Assembly (NCBI GenBank): GCA_030704615.1
Contig: CM060731.1
Location: 46,438,001 to 46,502,000, forward strand
Length of the DNA stretch: 64,000 nucleotides
Reading direction: 5' to 3'
Source: Takakia lepidozioides
Lineage: Eukaryota > Plantae > Bryophyta
Under the pieces are notes generated by a model, which had not been told where the DNA came from, ran no database searches, and was given only the letters and a program-made list of their open reading frames with translations. Position 1 is the first letter of the stretch, and every line of letters begins with the position of its first letter. Below are positions 12,753-25,979 of this stretch, piece after piece. Position numbers and translations under genes: made by a program.

Positions 12753-13624
12753 TTTGGTCCAGAAATAATACAAGATATATGAATAATTATAATCTATAAT
12801 AGATATAAAGAGATATATCTATAATTATTTGACTATTTGTGCACTATATAACAACAAATTATGTAATCCTCCACACATTCTACGCAAAAATACAAGTATG
12901 TATTGTGGTCTTAGATGAACATCCACTGCCAAGTTGACGTTCATTAAAAGGAATGGGAAGATGCAATGAATCAAACAATGATGAGAGCTCCGATATCCAA
13001 AATGACATCCAGAAACAAACATGGAATAATGGCAGAACTAAATATGAAACAATGATGGCATGTGATTAAGAGGACAACATGGAAAAACGAGTATGTCGGG
13101 ACCTGATTGATGATATGAAACATTCATATTTTATTTGAGATTATATCATTCAAGGCGATGGACCAACAGAAAAATGAACGTCAACTGTCCATCCGTTCAT
13201 GGACTTAATGCCATACAAGCCATTGATTCTGAAGGCATAGAACCGTTACGGCTTATACTAACTCATTAATAATACTGAGCCTCCTCCCAAACGGCTCGCA
13301 GTCAAGGCATGTGTCCGAAGATGCCTTCGGTTACCACAGCCACTTGCAACGGTCTCCACTCCAGAGAACACGGAGATACTTTCAGGAAGGTGAAACCGGC
13401 TGACATTGTCATCTGAAATGTTACTGCCAACTCTACTTGATGCCCTTGAAGCCTTCCGGCACGCCCGCCATTCTTCCCAATCACGCAGCTATTGTTCCTC
13501 TTTTAGAATTCGTTCCTTGAATGTAACTGGGGAGAGGCGATGGAAATGACAAATGTTAGGCCCAAAATGGAAGTTTTGCATATGGATATGTTGAGGTAAG
13601 AGTGCAAATGCAGCTGCAAAAGAA

Positions 13625-14329
13625 TTAGAAAATCAAATTATGAACAAAGAAGAGAAAAGTGGGATCCACGTGCCTACCAAGGTAATCAGGTTCCTTTTGT
13701 TGTGGGATCCAAATACGAGGATCAAGATATCTTCCATACCAGGCCCAGCAGGCATGGTCTCGACCAATAGGCTTATAAGAACACTTTGCCCGGTTCTCGC
13801 TAATGTAATTAACGACTGTTGAAGCTCCAGCCATCTCTGATATATATGGCCACACTGCTTTTGTCATATCATCCCGGTCATGCAATCCGTTTGGTGAAGG
13901 CTTGAATGAGAAAGGGAAGAATCCAGTATTTTGTGGGTTTCGCAGGCCTTTTGATGGCTCATCATCTACAAGAAGTATTTGCCCCTGCGTAGCAAACAGT
14001 CTACCAGGGTACTTAATAATAACACTTCGAATATTCTTCACGAGATATTTCATCCCGGGCCTGATATAACCGGGGGTATCCTTACAATCCTCAGCAGACC
14101 ATATGAAGCAAAACTTCTTCGCTATTTTCGTGGGGACGGAGCTCTCCAACATCCTACAAAGAACACCTCTATCAGCACATGACCAAATGGCCACGTGAAA
14201 ATGCTTCAATGCAAGGTCTAGAAACTCCAAGACTCCAAGCCGAGGCACCACAAACGGTCTGTCAGGAACTTGAAGTGTCACATTCCTGAAGCAGCAGAGG
14301 AGTCCGTTGACACTCAAAATTAACAACAT
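13625..14329 (-). CDS. FCP1/SCP-like HAD phosphatase-homology domain no. 3 (motif I degenerate), transposon cargo
   Basis: LLILSVNGLL, PRLGVLEFL, HFHVAIWS, FCFIWSAEDC, ILLVDDEPSKGLRNP. Confidence 0.75.
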   Translation of the reverse strand: MLLILSVNGLLCCFRNVTLQVPDRPFVVPRLGVLEFLDLALKHFHVAIWSCADRGVLCRMLESSVPTKIAKKFCFIWSAEDCKDTPGYIRPGMKYLVKNIRSVIIKYPGRLFATQGQILLVDDEPSKGLRNPQNTGFFPFSFKPSPNGLHDRDDMTKAVWPYISEMAGASTVVNYISENRAKCSYKPIGRDHACWAWYGRYLDPRIWIPQQKEPDYLGRHVDPTFLFFVHNLIF

Positions 14330-16033
14330 CTGTTTCCTCTTCCCCTCTGTTGCATGTAAAGGATGAGAGACAAAGTTATCATGAGCAGGTTAATCACACA
14401 CTGACATTAGTGTTTCTGCCATGAAAAATACCCACGACCCAGAATGATTGAGTGTATGGAAGATCAACACGATTGTGTAGAAAATGGCAAAATACTGCAC
14501 AATGTTGTGGGCTTGGAATGTTTGAAGAGGAGGGTTAATATTGCTAAGAAGATGAACGTCAACTGCCAAGTGGAGGTTCAGGAAAGTACCTTGTACGGAG
14601 GGAAATTGATGAAGGTATCGTGTTGCATTCCCGCCTATTGAGAAAAGATGGAGTTAATTAGTGCATAACCAAACGAACAAAAAAATAAAAATAAAATAAA
14701 AATAAAAATGGAGAAATGATATCGAATAATACCGATGTCGCCTTATTGGAAAGTCTCGCTGGCGGGCTTGGCATCCCAATGGACGTGTTTTGACGAAACC
14801 CCGGTACGTCCGAGGTATTCATTTTCTTCCTCGAGTCTGCTTTGTCTCTGACGAAGGACTTCTCTCCGGTGGAACCGATTTGTAGAAGAGATGGAAATGG
14901 TTTGGGGGCCCTATTCCGCTTCCTCGGTGCAGAACATTGCACCAACACTGTAGGGTCGGGAAGCCCAGAAGTTGCAATTGAAGTTTCGTCCTTGTCCTCG
15001 TCGAAAGGGTTTCGGAGAAGGGGAACGGAATGGAAATTGTCCCTTGAGCACTCCACATCCTGAATGGAATTCACATGTAACGAAGGGATTACCTCGGAAC
15101 ATATTTCCAATAAAGACGTCGTTTGACAGAAAGGTCACAATCCGCAGATTTTCTGGCCTGAAGTAAAACAAGAACATCAGACCCAATACTAAGGAAAACA
15201 AAAGGACGAGTTAGAATTCAGATATAAGTAATTTTACCTGACTTCTTCCGATTTGGGCTGTCCAACCTTCGTGCTGGGGAGAGTAGGAGGGAAGAGAGAC
15301 AACATTATGCTGCGGAGCCGCAGCCTCAGCCGCGTCCTCAACGGATGACATTCTCGAGGTAGATTTCACACCATTGACACTTAACCCGGAGGGTGAGGAT
15401 TGTAGAGTGAGGTCCACGAAATCCCCTGCACATTTGTCAAGTTGGCTTCCATCTTCGACATTCAATCCTAAATAATCCTGCGACAGAACATCATTTTTAG
15501 GAATGGACTGAAGAAGAGGGTCGTGCAATTTGAAGGGAAGCCAAAGTGCCTGGATGATGCTTCACCGTCGATGACAGAAATCTCAACAGTAGTGTGAATG
15601 TTGTCCCTCTGTAGATGGAAGTTCCGACAAGAAGTTGGCATCAGCAGCATCGCCATGAACCTGCAGAAACGAACTTACAAGGTCAATGTACAGACATTAG
15701 ATAACCTCTACTGCACAGTGGAGGTTGTCGGATTTGAAAAACCCCCGAGACGAGTTTCGGAGAAGGCCTGTATCTCAGAGGATCGGGATGGTATGGGGTG
15801 GAGAAACGCTTGGATGAGACTAGGAAATAACAAACAATTCCATGTCAATTCAGATTGAAAAAGAAATCACAGTACACAACAGTTTTTCTAGAAAAACAGT
15901 ACAACCTATAAAAAAACCAATAAAAAATAAACATTGAATCTCTTTATTTTGAAGCATCATATCGGAGATTCCTGTAATTAGAATCATCAACATAATCCAG
16001 GAGAGGCTTAAACTTGGGATCGGTGGAAATATT

Positions 16034-16642
16034 CTAACAAGGCTTAAGTCTTATCCTCTTTTCCCTGAGATAACTGGAAACCGTGTGAGATTTCTTCATT
16101 CTAAGCAAATATTTCTGAAGAACCTTCTGGAGATAGCAAGAGTCCGTCTCAACGGATTCAAACGATTTTAGAATCAGGCAGAATTCAGGCGGGTTCAACA
16201 CACACTTAATAGCTGAATCGTCAATAAGTAGAGTGTTACTCAAGTTGTACTGACCACCAAATCTTTGCCAGACAGTCATCAATGGCTTCAAGAACAGACT
16301 CGGCGGGTCGTATCCTGATATAAATTGAGAGTGGACAGAAGTAGGACAGGAGATACAATCTTCCTGAGACATAACGAATGTCGGCTGAGGAAGACCCTGA
16401 AGCATAAAGTCCAGTATAGGCTGCAAGTTCTTGTACATCATGCAACTCCATATACCTAGACGGAAATGTTTGTTCAACTCTGTCCACATCTCACGATATT
16501 TTTCCCGCCTATAGACAAGTCGAAATCCAACAAGAGCTGGTATCCTGTAGTCTGTCTCGGACATTCGGGGGACACAATAGCTCTTCTGGTGCTTCAAGAC
16601 TTTGCACAAAACTACATTCAGGTAAAAAATTATCAAGCGCAA
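16034..16642 (-). CDS. FCP1/SCP-like domain no. 2 (degenerate), transposon cargo
   Basis: IIFYLNVVLC, KHFRLGIWSC, FVMSQEDC, FLKPL, NTLLIDDSAIKCVLNP. Confidence 0.72.
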   Translation of the reverse strand: MRLIIFYLNVVLCKVLKHQKSYCVPRMSETDYRIPALVGFRLVYRREKYREMWTELNKHFRLGIWSCMMYKNLQPILDFMLQGLPQPTFVMSQEDCISCPTSVHSQFISGYDPPSLFLKPLMTVWQRFGGQYNLSNTLLIDDSAIKCVLNPPEFCLILKSFESVETDSCYLQKVLQKYLLRMKKSHTVSSYLREKRIRLKPC

Positions 16643-16791
16643 TCTTTTCGCAACTGGAGAAATTGGTGCTGCAATCTATGAGAAATTCATACATCCACTC
16701 AGGTGGTAATCAAGATAAACCAAGGACAGGATTGACATTGGGAGAAACGTCCACTGGACAGTCGAGGTTCATGAAAATCTAGAGCAACCAT

Positions 16792-17553
16792 CTACGTTTC
16801 AAACTGTTCCAATGAAGCGTCAGGAAATTTTTGTTTTCTAAGATAAACCTGCCACTGCAAATCCCACAGCAAGAGGCATTTGACCTTTGGGTCCTTATAC
16901 GGTGGACATCCTATGGGTTTTTCCACGTTGAATATATCAGCATCTTTTCTGAGTTCATCAAGAAGAAACTTGTCATTGTATGGGTCGACGAGCGCTTTAT
17001 ATTTTGGAAGGAAGATACCGAGCGACTTTGGGTTCAAGTACGACTTATACATATTTTCTACAGTGTCGATAAGAAGTGTGTTTGATTTGTACGCTACAGG
17101 GTCGTCTACAGTGAAAAGGTCGTAGAGACGTTTAAGATATATTGGCGCTTTCGGATATTTGGGCCATTCAGCACGGAACGTCTGTCTATGTTTCACGCAG
17201 TTCTCATTGCTGAATTCTCTGACCTTGTAAAACCTTCTTCCAAACAAAGCCAGCCCTATATCCAGGACATTTTCTAACGGTCCAGTGTTCCAAAAGTAGA
17301 CCTCAAAATGCTTAAGGACCCATTTCAGGAAGTCGTCCAACCCATTTCGGACAAGCTTGAATTTTCCAGCGCACACACAAGGATGGGTTGCGGGAGGGGA
17401 TCTTGGGCCATCTCGGATGTAAACCTCACCAAAGTAACCGACGTCAAGAACTAGGACGTAGTATCCTGGTCGAGATCCTTTCGGTCCCTCAGAGAGGCGA
17501 TACCAATCCTGTGGGTTCACAGATTTGTGATAGTCGATTGGAGGGTGAATCAT
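16792..17553 (-). CDS. FCP1/SCP-like domain no. 1 (degenerate), transposon cargo
   Basis: VLVLDVG, VRNGLDDFLKWVLKHFEVYFW, YLKRL, NTLLIDT..KSYLNP. Confidence 0.68.
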   Translation of the reverse strand: MIHPPIDYHKSVNPQDWYRLSEGPKGSRPGYYVLVLDVGYFGEVYIRDGPRSPPATHPCVCAGKFKLVRNGLDDFLKWVLKHFEVYFWNTGPLENVLDIGLALFGRRFYKVREFSNENCVKHRQTFRAEWPKYPKAPIYLKRLYDLFTVDDPVAYKSNTLLIDTVENMYKSYLNPKSLGIFLPKYKALVDPYNDKFLLDELRKDADIFNVEKPIGCPPYKDPKVKCLLLWDLQWQVYLRKQKFPDASLEQFET

Positions 17554-18063
17554 ATCATCCTGTGGAATAACAGAACAATTAATTTATTTTGAAAACTAGA
17601 AGAAGGACAAAGAAGAACATAGCTAAGATGGTTATGAGGTGTATACCCGTTTCAGGGAGGGGTTCCGAATTTGCTGATGGTGCTGCTCGCTCTCTTATCC
17701 TTCGCGGTGAGCAACGACCATCTCCGGCTCATCTCCCATCTCGCAACGTCGACTGGGCAGTGGAGGTTGTTTGTTTGACCGGATCAGTTGGGCTGGCCCT
17801 TATTGTTAAGTCCACCTGCCTCCTCACTGTTGAGTCGCGATGGATTCTGTCGGGTTTGTGTGATTTCCTCCAATTTCCGTTCATGGATCTATACGAGTTT
17901 TCTTACCGTCAGTCACATGTAAATTTCAAGAATGTGGGAAATATTAAGATACAGATCAGGTATTGCCAAAAACACAACCAGAACACAACCAGATGCAATA
18001 CACACAATTTGTTTCATTTATAATGCTTGAAAACACCATAAATCTCCAGGTGTCATTCGTTAC

Positions 18064-20166
18064 CTACATCCAAATTGACATGCTGGGAGACACTTTGAGA
18101 GCGAGTTGGGCTCTGAGTTTGGCCTCTGCCTCCGCTGTTTTTCTTGGAGACGGGCTTTTAGTCCTGCCTCTGTCACCACTGTCCATTTTTGCAAGGGACG
18201 GGCTCTTAGTCCTCCCTCTGTGTACACTGTCTTTTGTGGGACACGGCTCTTTGTCCGCTCTCTCTACCCTCTCTTTCGCGGGAGACGGGGACATTGGCGC
18301 CGGCTCGTCCTCTTCTACAGGTTTGAACCAGTCGTCTGCACTCCCAATCAAATTGCCGCGCACCTCGATTGAGCTCGCCTCCGCACCCCTTGATGGTGAA
18401 GCAGGATTACTCTTAGTTCTCTCGCTTGAACTCGACGAATCCCCATCCAGAATCACGACATTGTGGACCGCAACGTCTTGGGTGATGTTCTCAATACCAT
18501 CCTGTGACTGAGTTCTGAAGTCATGAATCACATCCAGGTGTCCAGCCTCCCAACGGTCTGCATTGTCACCATCGTGGCCCTCGTTGTCCCCGTTACCATC
18601 GATGCCCTCGTCCTCCTCTACGTGTTCGGAATGTTTGCCTCCTTCTTCCAAGTCTTCATCTTCCTCCTCCTCATCCTCATCATCGTCTCCACCGTCAACC
18701 TCTTCAGCAACATTGTCATTCTCAATTTGAAGCTTCTTAAAATTAGCTTCAACTTTTCCTTTGCAAAACTTTTTCTTAGTTGAGTGGTTGATGTCAAGCA
18801 CTCGAATGTTTTTTGCCTGCAGATAAACCCAGTCAGTAAAACAGAGGACGTGTTGGATCAAAAATATAAAATTCGTATTTAAAATGCAAAAAGGTTTTAC
18901 ACTTACATGAAGGGCGTACGTCAACATCACGCCTCCGAAGATGTTGACAGCGGACATCTCGTCTCGACAAAACAGGGAGGCCAAATAGTCGTATGTGTCA
19001 GCTCGTAGCTCATGATTATAAGTCATGCACTCTTCTTCAAAAGCTGATGGCTTCTCAAAGGGCCCTTCCAGAATCGGCTGTATTGGCTCGATTAACAGTA
19101 CGGTGGAGATGTGCTCGTCCGGATTCTGCATCTCCTCAGGTGTCGCTGGAAAAACATAGTCCAGGCACAGTACAGTCCGAGAGAAAGTCTTCGTGCTGTT
19201 TTTGTAAATATTTTCATACTCTGATTTTAAATCCCTGACGGACAAGATACGATGTTCTTCCGGGACCATTTCGGATGTAGGAGACCAGATTGGGCGAGGA
19301 CGGTTGCGTCGAGAAGAAAACAAAAGCACTCGTGTTCATTTTCTGAGCCACAAAGGCCTCCAGTATGTTCACATAATCGTTGGACTCAAATACGACAGAG
19401 TCGTCTTCAGAAACTGTATTGACGAACACCATCACTATGTTGTCAAACCGTTTCTTCGGTGCGAGTCGCAGACGGGACTTGGCATCGGCGAATTTTGTTT
19501 CTCCACCCATGATAGCGTAATGAGTCTTGAAACTCACTGAAATAATCGCCATGGCATCCTCTCTATCCTCATAAGCTTTCTTGATGGAGGAGACGTACTT
19601 AACAAAAGCGGCCGTGAGTGGTTTTGTCTCCATGTTCATCTTGATCTTGCTTTGGATGTAATCCGTCCCCAGTTTGTCTTTAAATGTTGAGAACTCTGCC
19701 TTATTGAAGTGGTACTTTCTCTTCACTTCACACTCGTCCTTAGTGTACGGTTCCGTGCACTGTTTGCTCCTCCCGAGGCCACCCCAACACTTCCATCACA
19801 TCGTCGACAATAAACCGACGCATTTTCATGTCGTCTATGTACTACTTGTTCATGCCTTGAATTGATTTGTCTTGACCTTTGTAATCCGAATGGTCAATTT
19901 CAGGTCCGGATTTTCTGCGCAACTTTTATCAGCTGCAATCTGTTCAACCCTTGCAACTTTGCGATAGCAGATTTCGTGAGCTGTTGCTGTTCACCCTTGT
20001 ACTGTATCCCAAGCAGGTCGAGTAGCTTTTCCCTGCTCCCAGTTTTTGAAAACATCTTCCCAATCTTCCAAACGTAGTCGTCGCAAAGTACCAGGACCAT
20101 TGCCTCCTTAATGCTACCATTTCTAGTATCAAATGACAGGCAAATATGAAACTCCTGCACATTCAT
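18064..20166 (-). CDS. Exons of transposon accessory gene: possible degenerate amino-methyltransferase-like region followed by an acidic low-complexity tail
   Basis: ELRADTYDYLASLFCRDEMSAVNIFGG..AKNIRVLDI loosely resembles the motif X/I region of N4/N6 MTases; D/E-rich tract; GT-AG intron ~18818-18905; frameshifted. Confidence 0.4.
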
Positions 20167-20637
20167 TCAGGGATAAATTAGTTGTCACTCTGACAACAGA
20201 AGTATTTATTTAGCATAAAATGAATGTGAATAGTAGATTTTGATTCCATAAATGCATACCTCCATTGTTTCGTCTCGGACTTTGTGGGTGATCGTTGTAT
20301 TTCTTTGGCTTCCCCTCAGGTTGAATAACATTCGCGCATGCACAACTTTCTCCGGCATTGTTGTATCAACTTTTGCGTCTTATTGGGATCGTTGAGGAGC
20401 TTTGACAACTTCAGGAGCTTTGTTCATCGGTAGACCATACAATCTTCGCAGGCCACTCCCGGTATACTCCTTCAGTTCGTTGTCGGAAAGATCCTCGAGA
20501 AGTTCCTGTTACAGTTAATTAAAATGGGTGAGAGAGTTGAAAGTGTGGGGACATATCCAATTTGTAGTTCAACACGAACCTCCACTGCCCAGTGGAGGTT
20601 CGTTAAAAGAGAGGTGGGAGGAAATGAAGTCCATTAC

Positions 20638-20960
20638 CTTTGCTGCCACGATGGTGTGTTGTCCACCAATTACGAAGAACCTTGATACGTCCATCTCCTC
20701 CCATTGTTTCGGGTCGCGATGAAGCAATCTTCTCGGGATTGGAAGGGTTGATTGGCGCAAGATACACCGGATATTTGGAGTCGAAAAATGAAGTTGGAAG
20801 AGTTGCGCTTCCACTTCGTCCTTATGCTTGATATTTAACGGCCTGTAAACCATGCTCCTTGGAGCTAGTTCCATCATGGAAACCTTCACAGGAAGGTACT
20901 CTCGAATCCGAATAGAAATACATCATTGTATTCCTTCGTGAGCCTCTCCTCCATCTCTCG
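20638..20960 (-). CDS. ParB/Sulfiredoxin-like domain exon of transposon accessory gene
   Basis: APRSMVYRPLN...FFVIGGQHTIVAAK resembles the ParB N-terminal R-x-L and IxGxHR-type motifs; GT donor after VAAK. Confidence 0.55.
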
Positions 20961-23900
20961 CATTTTTCCTTGTCAAAAATCTCCCAGCTTTAGGTCTCTT
21001 GTTATCTGACATCAATGCTGATCCTGATCCTCCTTCTGTTTCTCTTCTTGCGGAAGTCCCGGCCCTCATTGTCATCATTGCCGGCTGTCGACGACTTGCG
21101 TTTCCCCTCTTCGCTTGATGCTTCCTCTAGTGCTCGTTTCTTGCGATGTCGTTCCCCATTGCGTGCAGAAGATCCAAAAATACTCCAGGCCCTCGACAAA
21201 CCTACGTCTTAAATACAGAGCCCTCGTCTGGAAATCTAAACCCAGTGCCAACGCATTCACTCATCAACGACTTGTTCAGACGACCACCTCCACTTTGAAA
21301 CCAAACGTCCTTCTCGCATCCTCATGTAGGAACAAAACCAACATCGGGTTTTCCTCTTCAGATTCAAGCTCTATATCGAGAGCTTCTACTACGTATTTTA
21401 AGTCTGTTATTACTCCAAGACTTCTGTAATGAAAAGACAGTTTGTGATCAGGAGGTGTACCGACAGGCACGATGCCCAATCTGTCACCTCTGGGTTAAGC
21501 TCAAAATAGCAGTATGCTCAGTTTTTAAATGTGAGGACTTCCGGCATACGAATGCGCCACAAATATCTCCAATCAATCCTGGAACGCAATCTGGTGGTGT
21601 AGGATATCTTCTATTACAACCAAACACAAATTTATTAGATAATCAAATCAATGATCTCTCTTATTAGCATCCATCATTCCAGAAATGAGAACCTCCACTG
21701 GACAGTTGAGATTCGTATGTACGAGTCTTTCTACATGAAATGGGAAATCCTCCATTTTTTTCAGATGTTGAAGAAAAAAACTTTAATGAAAATGAGGCTC
21801 AGAGCCATTGAGTATATCATCCTGAAACAGACTAATCTACAATAGAAATCTTCGAACCTAATTCGTTCAAAATATACTAAGGAACTTTTCGCACTATATT
21901 CAGACGATTCTAGATTATATACCCAAGAACTACAAAATGCTCTTTCTTATCTCTCGGAGTGTATCAGGCGAATAGTCTGGAGGGGTATATTTTGGGGATC
22001 CGGTGATACTATCAGGAAACGCAGGAGTATCCTGGAGATCCGGAGACGGAGACGTCCAGTAGTTCCAAGACTCCCCCGCTCGTTTCAGTGTCCAGGAGGA
22101 AGTTTGGAGATAATATCCTTCAGATCCTGATGTGGATTCAGGAGATGCTGGCGAGTAACCCGGAGATGCTGGATATCCAAAAACGGTCACTCGTATCGCC
22201 GCCAATGTGTCTTGGGGAATAGTCTGAAGGGGGTATGTCGGATAATCTTGGAATGGGCAGGAGATCCGTTGATATCATTGTTTTACATGAACGTTTCTCT
22301 TATTTCCGCCAGGGTATCATTACAGATGACTTCAGGTGTATTGCTCAGAGATTCAGATGCGTTCCGCGGGGATTCTACAGTCACATTTTTGTCATTGACA
22401 GACATTTTGTTCGGCTCGGTAGACCCCCAACTGGATTTTTCATCTGGTTCCGAAACACCATGTTTTTTTATTGGACGGTCCTTCCATCACGTCTACCAAA
22501 CACCGTCTGTTGCTCCAATTTAATCTGGCTCTCTTGTACTCATCGTCAGACACCGGTTCCCCACCCTCGTTCCTCTTTCTCATTCTGACATAAAAACTAA
22601 TCAGAGTGTGTAACTGGCTGACCCAAAGAAATATTGAACCTCCACTGGGTTGTGGAGGTTCCCAATTATCGTATCCCGGTCTCGTTGGAAAATATGTGTC
22701 ACACTTACAATGTTACACATATGATTCCATCACTCGTTCCCACATCGTCTCAAACTGATTTTAATTTTTCCGTAATTATCTGATTTCGTCCTTACTTTAA
22801 AAAAATGCCTTTCAGCTTCCGCATACAGAATTCACGCGAACCTCCACTGGGCAGTGGAGGTTCCAGTTTTGGGTTGCTCATGTGCATGACATGGGTCTAC
22901 GAATACTCTACTCTGGCCTGCACAAAGCCTACTGTTAGCATATGTCTACTGTAGAATACAAGTAGACTAGGCTATCGTGGTTTTTCAGAATTGCCGAATT
23001 CGACATAATTGGATAAGAAATGAAAATTTCCATTCAGAATTGAATTTGAATGGGAAGAAATGCATCAATTAACGCTGGATTTGGGGATCAAGAAAACGGT
23101 TGAGAAATAAACATCCGGGCATTTCCGAAACCACTGTTCTCAATAAACCACCACAATGAACAAAACAAGCAATACAACCAGCACGGTAATCTCCCGCCAC
23201 CCTAAACCATTACCCTAATCGACCAGAACAAACACACACGAACCCAATTGCACACAAAACCACCACACAAAACCACCCTACAAAACAATGAAATGACTCA
23301 GCACTGAAGCACAGAATGAAGCAACAGAGGAAATGAATTGACAGAATGAAGAAGCAAACAATGAGCAAACAATGAAACAGAAACCTAATGTGCACTAAAG
23401 CACGGACTGAAGCACGAAGACAGTGCAGTGCAGCAGAGAATGAAGCAGGATCGAAACGAATTGAATCTTGAACAGGCCACATGAATCGAGAGCGGGCCAA
23501 CACAAAAGAACATGAGAATAACAGGCCAACACAAAACGTGAAACATAAGACAAAAAGATGGAGTTTTTTAATGCTGTACCTGCTTGTGTCGGCCATTTTG
23601 GTGCCCCTGCAACCACAGTCCTTCGTTTGATACTATCTTCCGCACCTTCGCCTGCCGGTAATTGCACTGTGCTCTCGCCTTTACACTCGTCAATCTCCAC
23701 TCGCCACTATCCGGTCTCTCCTCCCCGCTCTTCAAATTTCGCCTATTTCACTCTCTCACCTTTCACCCTCTCCTCTCTCTGCACTCGGCCAAGTCTGCTC
23801 TTTCTCTCCACAGTGTCCAGTCGCTGCAAAACGAGCTCCAAAACTCTTCTCTTTCACGCTCTCCTCTCTCAACTGTTAAGCTCTCACTCGCGCAACGCTT

Positions 23901-25979
23901 ACGCATAGAAAATGGGAAGCCCAAAGGCCGGGCTCAAAGAGCGCACCCCTTATAAGCGACCTTCAAGGATGATCTGAACCATCGCCTCCGTCCGAAATCG
24001 AATGGTCGTGCGGCCCAAATGGATGTTCTGCCCCATCCACGCAAACTAACATTAATACTGTCCATCCACACAGATGAAATTAGTTCAACTTTTGTTCCAC
24101 GAATGCACACACGTTTGGACAGACGACTGGATAGACGAATGAAAAAAGGACGAAATGATTGTAATGACGCCATTGGTCAGACTCTACAACCCTCACGTCG
24201 TTTCGAACTCAATCTGCCAGAGGACACAACGTTGTACCTACGGATTTGTCACACTGTATAATCATTGTCTCATATTGAGCCGTCCACAATTACTTTCGGC
24301 TGTTAGCCTCCAGGCGTCAATATTCCCTGACAGACATACGGCTTTAAGGATAGTAGATGGCCCCTCGTGTCGGGCATTCCTCGATTTAAGGTCCAGAGCC
24401 ACCATAGGGACTGCCCGTTTATCGAGGGATACCTGGCACGAGGGGTCCATCCCTACTTTAAACATGTGCAAGCAAGCAAGGCACGACAGAGCATTCCGCA
24501 CACCTGTAATGCACCCCCCTCGCTGTCCAATGCAATGCGTCGGCAAGTAATGCCCCGCCCTGCCCAAGTATTTTATTCACTGTAACAGCACGATAAATAT
24601 AAACAGAACAATCTCAAAGTGCTTTATGGTTCACCTCCAGATTCCTCCCAGCTAATTATAATGATCGATTGTTAATGTGCAGTCCCGAATTAGTTTTGGC
24701 GATTAGCCGCCTGACTTCATTTCTCCAGGCCACTTGTCTGAATCGACATCCTTCACGCTTATTCCAGAGTCTGCTGTCAGAGCCGTACGATAATGATGCC
24801 AGACTTGTAGTCTTACTAACGTACAAGTACGATAGAATTCAGTCTGATTGCAGCCGTTATCGTTTGTTCCATAATTAATGTGACAATGGCTGCTGTCAAT
24901 AAATGGAAAATTGTGCACACTTTCAATGAAGCCGAGATTTCGCGAGTTGAAATAAGCCGTTCGATTTTGCCTTAATCCACGGTGGCCACAATCGATCCGG
25001 GAGAGAAAACATACCATACTGCCATTGGAGCGATTCAAAGATGAAAGTTACATGTCACCTCTATATAACGTCCGAATCCACTCAACACCAACTTCCCACT
25101 TTGAACCACTCACTTGCTTCTTTTCTCTCACGCACCTCTTTGGACATCCTGCACCTCTCTGGACAACGAGTACCTCTTTGCCTGTCCTGCACCACTCTGC
25201 CCATAGGGTACTTCTGAAGCAGCCTCTGAGTCTCTCCCTGCTTCCTTAGTCTCAGGTGTCAACTGCACATTTCTCACGTAGGATAGTATGATACTCAATT
25301 TTTTGTGTACTCTCCATGTGCACCAGCTAAACTTGCTTTTGTTTGTCTAAAGTTACTCCCAAACCTCCACAGGGCAGTCGCCACATTATTATTCATCCAT
25401 CCATAGAATCACTTTGTCATCTACAGAGGGCTTCTTCATTATCCATTGTTCATCCATGTGGTTTATTTCATCAACAGATATCATCCAACCTCCACTGCCC
25501 AGTGGAGGTTGGCAATTGTGACTTCATCTGACAGTTCCAATAGATGTAGTCTATACTCCGCCCTCATACTCCAATTTAATTCCAATTGTTTTTTTATCAG
25601 TCCCAGTGTAGATCCAAACATTGACTTTACTTTTTCAATCCATATTGTTTTCTCATTCAAAACCGTCGAAAAAGTTGTACTTAAAGTTTCTCCTTTCGGT
25701 GACAAGTCATTCTTTCCTTCAGTTAATCTTCAGTCCAGTAATAGGATTTTACTGGACCTCCACTGCCCAGTGGAGGTTACTAACTTCATGGGGTTCCAAG
25801 TAGGCCAAAGGGTGTTTCTGTCGCTTCCTGGATCTCCTTCAGTTATTGCCTCAAGAGATTGCTTGAATGTTTCTGGGGATGGAACTTGCCACGGATCCAC
25901 TTGTGTTCGTCCACCATTTCAGTTACCCTGATCTTTTGTGATGACGCATTCGGCTCCTGTCCTCTGCCTTATCGACACA

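Noticed and set aside
13302-13484. KH-like VIGKNGG motif in a short ORF
   Set aside because: The adjacent splice acceptor fits a different reading frame at least as well and no other KH features are present
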